Source of the DNA: Mycolicibacterium smegmatis
GTDB lineage: Bacteria; Actinomycetota; Actinomycetes; Mycobacteriales; Mycobacteriaceae
NCBI RefSeq assembly: GCF_001457595.1
Contig: NZ_LN831039.1
Span: forward strand, 90,001 to 122,000
DNA: 32,000 nucleotides
Direction of reading: 5' to 3'
Shown here: one piece after another, positions 26,819-32,000 of the stretch
Position numbering within the stretch: the first letter of the stretch is position 1
Layout of the letters: each line of letters opens with the position of its first letter
Made by a program: the position numbers and the translations under genes
The notes under the pieces: generated by a model
Seen by the model: the letters and a program-made list of their open reading frames with translations, nothing else
The model's database searches: none
Told to the model about the DNA's origin: nothing

Positions 26819-27553
26819 TTACTGCGCCTGAGCTTCCGCAGCAATACGGTCGTAGGTGGCGCCGGCGCGCCGGATCAACGTGGCGTTCTCCGATGAGTCA
26901 GCGATCATCCGATACATCCGCTGTGTGGCGATGGGGAGTGTCTTGGCGACCCCTCCCCACTGAATGATCTGGGAGGCGATTTCGCCCGAACCGGGCGGGG
27001 CGTTCCAAAACTTGGCGGCGATTGCCGCCGGTATCAGCCAGGTGAGCTCAGTCATCTGGTGATCGATCTGTCGCCGGGTGTCTTCGATCTCACCGGCTTC
27101 TTTGTCGAGGACCTCTTTCACGATGCGATCCGTCTCGGCCATGAGCGCTGCGCGCTCCTTCTGTTCGCGATTCCTGTCGGAGTAGGCATCCGAACTGCTG
27201 CCTTCCCAGCTGTCAGGCGAACGGGTTCCATCGAGGCCACTGCTGACCCCTGAAAATGCCTCAGCGCCCTGCCCGTAGCGATCTCCGTGTTCAGGACCCT
27301 CGACCCCAGTCAGGTTGCTCATGATTGTCATCGTTCTCAGGCCGAAAGCGATGATCGGTGTCGCCGCGGCCGCGGCGAGCTTCGTGTCGCCCAACTTCTG
27401 TGCGCCGTCTCTGGCAAGAGATTGCCCGAAACTGATGGCGTTCGCTCCCAAGCCCGCAGCCGTGTAACGGGTGTCTTCAGCCATACCTACTGTGTGCGAG
27501 TAGCCGCTGTACCAGTTGTTGGCTATGTCGTAAAGATCCCCGAAGTCACTCAC
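26819..27553 (-). CDS. EspA/EspE-like ESX-1 secretion-associated protein
   Basis: MSDFGDLYDIANNWYSGYSHTVG...DSWEGSSSDAYSDRNREQKERAALMAETDRIVKEVLDKEAGEIEDTRRQ; paired with the EspC-like gene. Confidence 0.65.
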   Translation of the reverse strand: MSDFGDLYDIANNWYSGYSHTVGMAEDTRYTAAGLGANAISFGQSLARDGAQKLGDTKLAAAAATPIIAFGLRTMTIMSNLTGVEGPEHGDRYGQGAEAFSGVSSGLDGTRSPDSWEGSSSDAYSDRNREQKERAALMAETDRIVKEVLDKEAGEIEDTRRQIDHQMTELTWLIPAAIAAKFWNAPPGSGEIASQIIQWGGVAKTLPIATQRMYRMIADSSENATLIRRAGATYDRIAAEAQAQ

Positions 27554-27627
27554 GTGGCGTCATCCCTCCCAGGTTCTGGAACAGCCTAACAACGCGCAGA
27601 CATGCTCCGATGCACCAATTTTCAAGG

Positions 27628-28296
27628 CTATGACCGGGAATCGCGCTCGCGCTGAACCGCCTGCATCTCGTGAAACCGCTCAACCGCACGATCATCGGCA
27701 AGCTCGACGCGAAGCTCTGGGTGCAGCCAGTAGAAACGCACGAACTCGTACAGTGTCCGCCCCTCTCGGGTGTACATGGCGGAGTTGTCGATCGAGTGCT
27801 GCTCGCCGTCGTCGGTCGTGATGACCAGAGGGTAGATGGCCTGTGGTCGGTCGGGGGCGGTGTCGCTGACGTCGGTGACTTCGTCCCAGTGTCGTTTCGC
27901 CGTTTTCCGGAAGGCTTCGGCGCGTTCGAATCCCTCGGGCCCCAAACGCAGATAGCCGATGCCGCCGAACTTCACGATCAGTACGAAGAACACCGTGAAG
28001 ACCCCGGCCAGTCCACCGCAGATCATCGGGACCCAGGCGAAGACGCCGCCCTCGGAACCCAGAGACTGCGTCGGAAGGTCCAATCGGCCCAATGCACTCA
28101 ACACCGCAGCGAGGCCGAGAAGGGGCGCACCGCCGAGTGTCGCGACAAGCATCATCCGGTCCAGGCGCCGGTCCGGGCGAATGGTGATTTCGCCGTTGGG
28201 GCACGTCACCCTCGGCTGCAGGGTGGGCATGATGAACTGGGCGACGGCGGGGATCGTCCACCAGGCGGCAATGCCGACGCACAGCAGTGCGGTCAC
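27628..28296 (-). CDS. Conserved membrane protein of unknown function
   Basis: 222 aa with several TM segments, then a soluble C-terminal domain. Confidence 0.6.
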   Translation of the reverse strand: MTALLCVGIAAWWTIPAVAQFIMPTLQPRVTCPNGEITIRPDRRLDRMMLVATLGGAPLLGLAAVLSALGRLDLPTQSLGSEGGVFAWVPMICGGLAGVFTVFFVLIVKFGGIGYLRLGPEGFERAEAFRKTAKRHWDEVTDVSDTAPDRPQAIYPLVITTDDGEQHSIDNSAMYTREGRTLYEFVRFYWLHPELRVELADDRAVERFHEMQAVQRERDSRS

Positions 28297-28404
28297 GTAA
28301 CTACCGCGCAGAAAAGTGATGACCGCCCACGTCAGAAGTGCCGCCTCGATGATGCCGAGGCAGGTCAGCAGGATTCGCCGTTGCGCTTTCGTGGCCGTCT
28401 CCCG

Positions 28405-28935
28405 TCAGTTCCGTTCGCGGGTGTACCGCGCGGTGTACGCAGCCTCGGCCTCGGCGGCCTCTTCGGGTGTGGGAAGTCCGAGGGTTTCCTTGAGCATGCT
28501 GCGGACACCAGGGCTGTCGCCGACCTGCTGGACGGTGGAATACAGCAAAAATACGTACTGCCCCGCGCCGGCTTTCTTGGTCGCGATCTGCGCGAGATCC
28601 GCAATCTCGCGTGCCAGTTGACTTTCGGTCATGTTCACCACTGACGGCGCAAGGTCGATGCGCTGTAACCACCCGCTGAGATACGCGGTAACCGTGATGG
28701 TGCCCGGTGGGTTGGTGGCCGAGAAGAGCGGCCCTGGATCGGGTTCGTCGACTTCTGAGATCGGAGCCGACGCAACAGCGTCCAGCGCATCCAGACTGGA
28801 GTCGGCATCGCCTGCGGTCGGCAAGTACTCACCGAAGACACCTAGCTCTGAAGCGTCGGGAGCACTGTCGAACGCCGCTGAATCATCGCCCCAATCATCG
28901 TCGGACGACGAAAAGGGCGTGTTGTGGTCTGCCAT
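28405..28935 (-). CDS. EspD/EspH-like ESX-1 secretion-associated protein
   Basis: MADHNTPFSSSDDDWGDD...SLDALDAVASAPISEVDEPDPGPLFSATNPPGTITVTAYLSGWLQRIDLAPSVVNMTESQLAREIADLAQIATKKAGAGQY...GLPTPEEAAEAEAAYTARY matches the EspD/EspH pattern. Confidence 0.75.
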   Translation of the reverse strand: MADHNTPFSSSDDDWGDDSAAFDSAPDASELGVFGEYLPTAGDADSSLDALDAVASAPISEVDEPDPGPLFSATNPPGTITVTAYLSGWLQRIDLAPSVVNMTESQLAREIADLAQIATKKAGAGQYVFLLYSTVQQVGDSPGVRSMLKETLGLPTPEEAAEAEAAYTARYTRERN

Positions 28936-28942
28936 CAACGGC

Positions 28943-29275
28943 TCAGACGTCCTCGGCGGTGATGTCGGCAACCAGCGCGTCGAGTCTCTCGCGGTCTGCC
29001 TCGATCGAGGCAGTGGCTGCCGCAGTCGCCTTCTGCAGGGCTTCGTTGAGCCGGTGCTCGACGGTCTCGGCGCCCAGCCGCAGAAGCCCGTCTTCGATGT
29101 ACACCGATGTCAGATGATGGTGGCCGTTGAGCGTCACCTCGACGGTGTCGGTTTCGTCAGCAGCGGTAAAGGTTTCGGTGTTCATCTTGTGAAGCTGGTC
29201 ATCCATGACCGACTGCAGTCGCTGCGCCTGGCGGAGTACGGCCGCCACCTGCGGATGGATGTCGTCGTCGCTCAT
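28943..29275 (-). CDS. espL: ESX-1 secretion-associated protein EspL (YbaB/EbfC-like)
   Basis: HPQVAAVLRQAQRLQSVMDDQLHKMNTETFTAADETDTVEVTLNGHHHLTSVYIEDGLLRLGAETVEHRLNEALQ; position next to eccE1. Confidence 0.85.
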   Translation of the reverse strand: MSDDDIHPQVAAVLRQAQRLQSVMDDQLHKMNTETFTAADETDTVEVTLNGHHHLTSVYIEDGLLRLGAETVEHRLNEALQKATAAATASIEADRERLDALVADITAEDV

Positions 29276-29285
29276 GTTTGTCCCC

Positions 29286-30680
29286 CTATTGCTCCAGAGC
29301 CATCTGGTAGCGGCTTTCCTCCCGCGGGTTGATCAGCTGGATGGGCAGCTGGCGGTGCCGCGGTGTGTCGATGAAGTTGGGTCGCAGGATGACTCGGCCG
29401 ACGCCCTGATGCGGGCCCAGATATGTCGTCGCGTTCGGCCAGCCGATGCGCGGTGTGCGGCCGACGCGGCCGTTGATCATGGTGGCGAACTCGCGGAACT
29501 GCGGGCCCAGGGTCACCACCGCGCCTGCCGCTGCGGAGCGGATCACGAACTGCGTGAACAGCCGCGCGTCGCCGAGGTTGATGCTCACGTCGACGTTGTC
29601 GAACGGCATGTACACCGGATAACGGTCGGCGGTCTCGCCGACCAGCACACCGGCCGAGCCGATCGGCAGGTCGTAGTGCCTGTCGGAAACCGGCACGATG
29701 CCCTGCAGCGCGGCACGCTGACCGCCGAAAAGGCACGAAAAACCGCGCGGCGTGGTCGGATTCGCCAGCGTCGTCAGCAGGATCGCACTCGAGGGAGCCG
29801 CACCGGGACGCACACGCACCCGGGTGATCGTGTGATCGGCACGGGCAGACCACCACATGTCCGGGCCGCCGGGCGCGGTGTAGGCCGCGGTGAACGTGCT
29901 GCGGCCCTTGATCGACGACCACGTCTCGCGCTCGTAACTGATCTCGGTGGCCTTGTCGTAATCGTCGAAGCTGCGGCAGCAGCGTGCGTCGACCCCGTTG
30001 GAGGCCAACTGATCGGCGATGCGGGTGGCCGACGAGACCAGGTAGCGCGCCAGGCCGGACACCCCGGAGTCACGGCGATGCGCCGAGCGCTGCGTCTTCT
30101 CGGGATCGGCGCGCAGCACGATCCACGTGCGCCGGTTGGCCGGCGCCGGATAGGGTCCCACCACCTGCTCGTAGAGCGCGATCAGGCTGGCCGGCGCGGT
30201 CTTGCCGACGCGGTAGCCGGCCGAGACCACATCGGCCTCGAGGTCGGGGCAGTGCGCCTCGAGCAGTCGCTCGACCAATTTGGTGCTCACCACGTCGTCG
30301 GTCATCGCGCTGCCGTTGACGATCACGGTCGGCGTGAAAGGCCTTGGCACCAGTTCGATCACGGCGATGAGATAGTCACCCTGCCAGCGCACCGCGACGT
30401 GGTCGCCGGGCATCACGGTGGCACCGACGGCGGGTTCCGATGCGACGTCGGGCGTGCTGCGGTGGCGTCGTCGCCACGAGAAGATCGCGCGCACCCACCC
30501 GGTGATCCGCAGGCCGCGGATGGTGAGCACCGAGAACAACGCGATGAGTGCGCCGAGGGTGATGCCCAGCCACAGCAGATCGAAGTGCATGCAGACCGCG
30601 ATGCACGCCGGGATCAACGTGGCAGCCCAGATGCCGTGCCCGGTGGTGAACCGGAAACCGAACTGCCGCAAGAAGTTCAT
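29286..30680 (-). CDS. eccE1: ESX-1 membrane subunit EccE
   Basis: MNFLRQFGFRFTTGHGIWAATLIPACIAVCMHFDLLWLG... two N-terminal TM helices; overlaps mycP1 by 4 nt. Confidence 0.9.
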   Translation of the reverse strand: MNFLRQFGFRFTTGHGIWAATLIPACIAVCMHFDLLWLGITLGALIALFSVLTIRGLRITGWVRAIFSWRRRHRSTPDVASEPAVGATVMPGDHVAVRWQGDYLIAVIELVPRPFTPTVIVNGSAMTDDVVSTKLVERLLEAHCPDLEADVVSAGYRVGKTAPASLIALYEQVVGPYPAPANRRTWIVLRADPEKTQRSAHRRDSGVSGLARYLVSSATRIADQLASNGVDARCCRSFDDYDKATEISYERETWSSIKGRSTFTAAYTAPGGPDMWWSARADHTITRVRVRPGAAPSSAILLTTLANPTTPRGFSCLFGGQRAALQGIVPVSDRHYDLPIGSAGVLVGETADRYPVYMPFDNVDVSINLGDARLFTQFVIRSAAAGAVVTLGPQFREFATMINGRVGRTPRIGWPNATTYLGPHQGVGRVILRPNFIDTPRHRQLPIQLINPREESRYQMALEQ

Positions 30681-32000
30681 TGCTTCCGCCTCAGGGCGCG
30701 CCGTGCCAGCGCGCCGACACCGAGAGCGAAGGCCAGGGTGGCCCCGGCGATCACGACGGCTGTGATCGGTCCGCGGTCCGGCGGCGGGATGTACACCGGC
30801 GGCGGAACTTCCTTGACCCGGAACGGAGCCTTCTCGGGCCCGTCGGGGATCTCCCAGGTGAGCGCGGCGACGGGGTCGATCACCCCGGCGCCGACGTAGT
30901 TGTCCACGCCGCCACCGGGATGGCGCGCCGTCGCGGTGATGCGGTTGATGACCTGCGCGGGGGTGAGGTCCGGGAAGCGCTGCTTGATGAGCGCGGCAAG
31001 ACCGGACACATACGCGGCCGAGAACGACGTGCCGTTCAGCGGCACCGGCCCGTCCTCGCCGGGAGTGGCATTGACGGGCTGGCCGTCGTAACCGAGTGAG
31101 GTGAGGTTCTCGCCGGGTGCGGCGGCCCCCACCCACGGGCCCGACATGGAGAAGTTGCTGGGCTGGCCGTTCTGGCCGATGCTGCCGACCGTGAGGACCA
31201 GCGGGTCGTACCAGGCCGGGCTCACGATGGTCTGCACTTCGCGCCAGCCGCGCGGATCGGACGGCACCGACGGGTCCGGCGGCGGGTTCTGCGAGCAGTC
31301 CTGGCCCGTGTTGCCCGCGGCGACCACGATGACGGCGCCCTTGACGTTCACGGCGTAGTTGATCGCGGCGCCGAGCGACGTCTCGTCGATGCGGCGGGTC
31401 ACCTTGTAGCAGGCGGCCTCACTGATGTTGATCACCTGTGCACCGAGGTTCGCGGCGTGCACGACGGAGCGGGCGAGGCTGCGGATCGAGCCTGCGGTCT
31501 GGGTGGTGTTCGGATCGTTGGGATCCTGACGGGCGCCCTTCGGTTGGAACGCGACCGAGGTCTGCCGCAAAGAAAGAAGTCGCACATCGGGCGCCATACC
31601 GACGAACCCGTCGGTGGGGGAGGGGCGACCGCCGATGATTGCCGCGGTCATGGTGCCGTGCGCGTCGCAGTCCGACATTCCGTTGCCTGCCGCGTCGACG
31701 AAGTCGCCGCCGGGTTCGGCCGGGACCCGGGGGGACCCGTTCACGCCGGTGTCGATCACCGCGACGGTCACGCCGGCGCCGGTGGCAAATTTCTGCGCCT
31801 CCTGGATGCGGAGGTAGTCGTTTGCCCACGGGCGGTCGGCGAAGTTCGAGTTGGGCATCACCGTCGGCGTCGCGCAGATCTTGCGCTGCTCGGTGGGCTG
31901 GTCGGGGCCGGTTTCGTCAGGTGGTACGGCTCCGGCGTCGATGATCGGGGGATCGATCGCCCACGCCGGGGGCGCACTGAACAAAGCCAGCAAAACTGCC
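30677..32000 (-). CDS. mycP1: Mycosin-1 subtilisin-like protease (N-terminus beyond the window)
   Basis: Catalytic motifs VAVIDTGV, DCDAHGTMTAAII, NGTSFSAAYVSG; C-terminal Pro-rich linker plus TM helix; signal peptide truncated at the window edge. Confidence 0.93.
   Translation of the reverse strand, partial: AVLLALFSAPPAWAIDPPIIDAGAVPPDETGPDQPTEQRKICATPTVMPNSNFADRPWANDYLRIQEAQKFATGAGVTVAVIDTGVNGSPRVPAEPGGDFVDAAGNGMSDCDAHGTMTAAIIGGRPSPTDGFVGMAPDVRLLSLRQTSVAFQPKGARQDPNDPNTTQTAGSIRSLARSVVHAANLGAQVINISEAACYKVTRRIDETSLGAAINYAVNVKGAVIVVAAGNTGQDCSQNPPPDPSVPSDPRGWREVQTIVSPAWYDPLVLTVGSIGQNGQPSNFSMSGPWVGAAAPGENLTSLGYDGQPVNATPGEDGPVPLNGTSFSAAYVSGLAALIKQRFPDLTPAQVINRITATARHPGGGVDNYVGAGVIDPVAALTWEIPDGPEKAPFRVKEVPPPVYIPPPDRGPITAVVIAGATLAFALGVGALARRALRRKQ

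Noticed and set aside
1-32000. Defence system, toxin-antitoxin system, CRISPR array, tRNA or rRNA
   Set aside because: No nuclease/helicase/methylase ORFs, no regularly spaced direct repeats, and no recognisable RNA gene. Accessory content is ESX-1 module genes and IS elements.

Overview
This window is the variable middle of an ESX-1 (type VII secretion) locus from a fast-growing mycobacterium close to M. smegmatis. It is bounded on the left by the 3' part of eccD1 and on the right by an espL / EspD-EspH-like / eccE1 / mycP1 block on the minus strand. In between, a module of espJ-like gene, two-domain membrane protein, espK, espB, small membrane protein and espC-like gene occurs twice (about 5.2-11.8 kb and 20.0-26.8 kb). 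Further partial copies lie at 1.3-4.7 kb (plus strand) and 14.0-15.1 kb (inverted). The most interesting unit is a family of five membrane-anchored paralogs (3 intact, 2 damaged). Each has a Pro-rich N-terminus, one TM helix and an outer region that appears to be two tandem ~100-aa repeats, each bracketed by a Cys pair. From memory, this interval matches the M. smegmatis 'mating identity' interval for distributive conjugal transfer, so the family is a plausible self/non-self determinant (inference). Other notable signals are: a ~2.04 kb near-identical tract shared by the two modules inside more diverged flanks (gene-conversion-like); the same frameshifting deletion splitting espK in both modules; a nested IS composite (IS3 host carrying IS1380 and IS256); two ISL3-type elements at junctions without target duplications that truncate module genes; and a stop/start-coupled micro-ORF before each membrane-protein gene. 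I found no tRNA, rRNA or CRISPR array.
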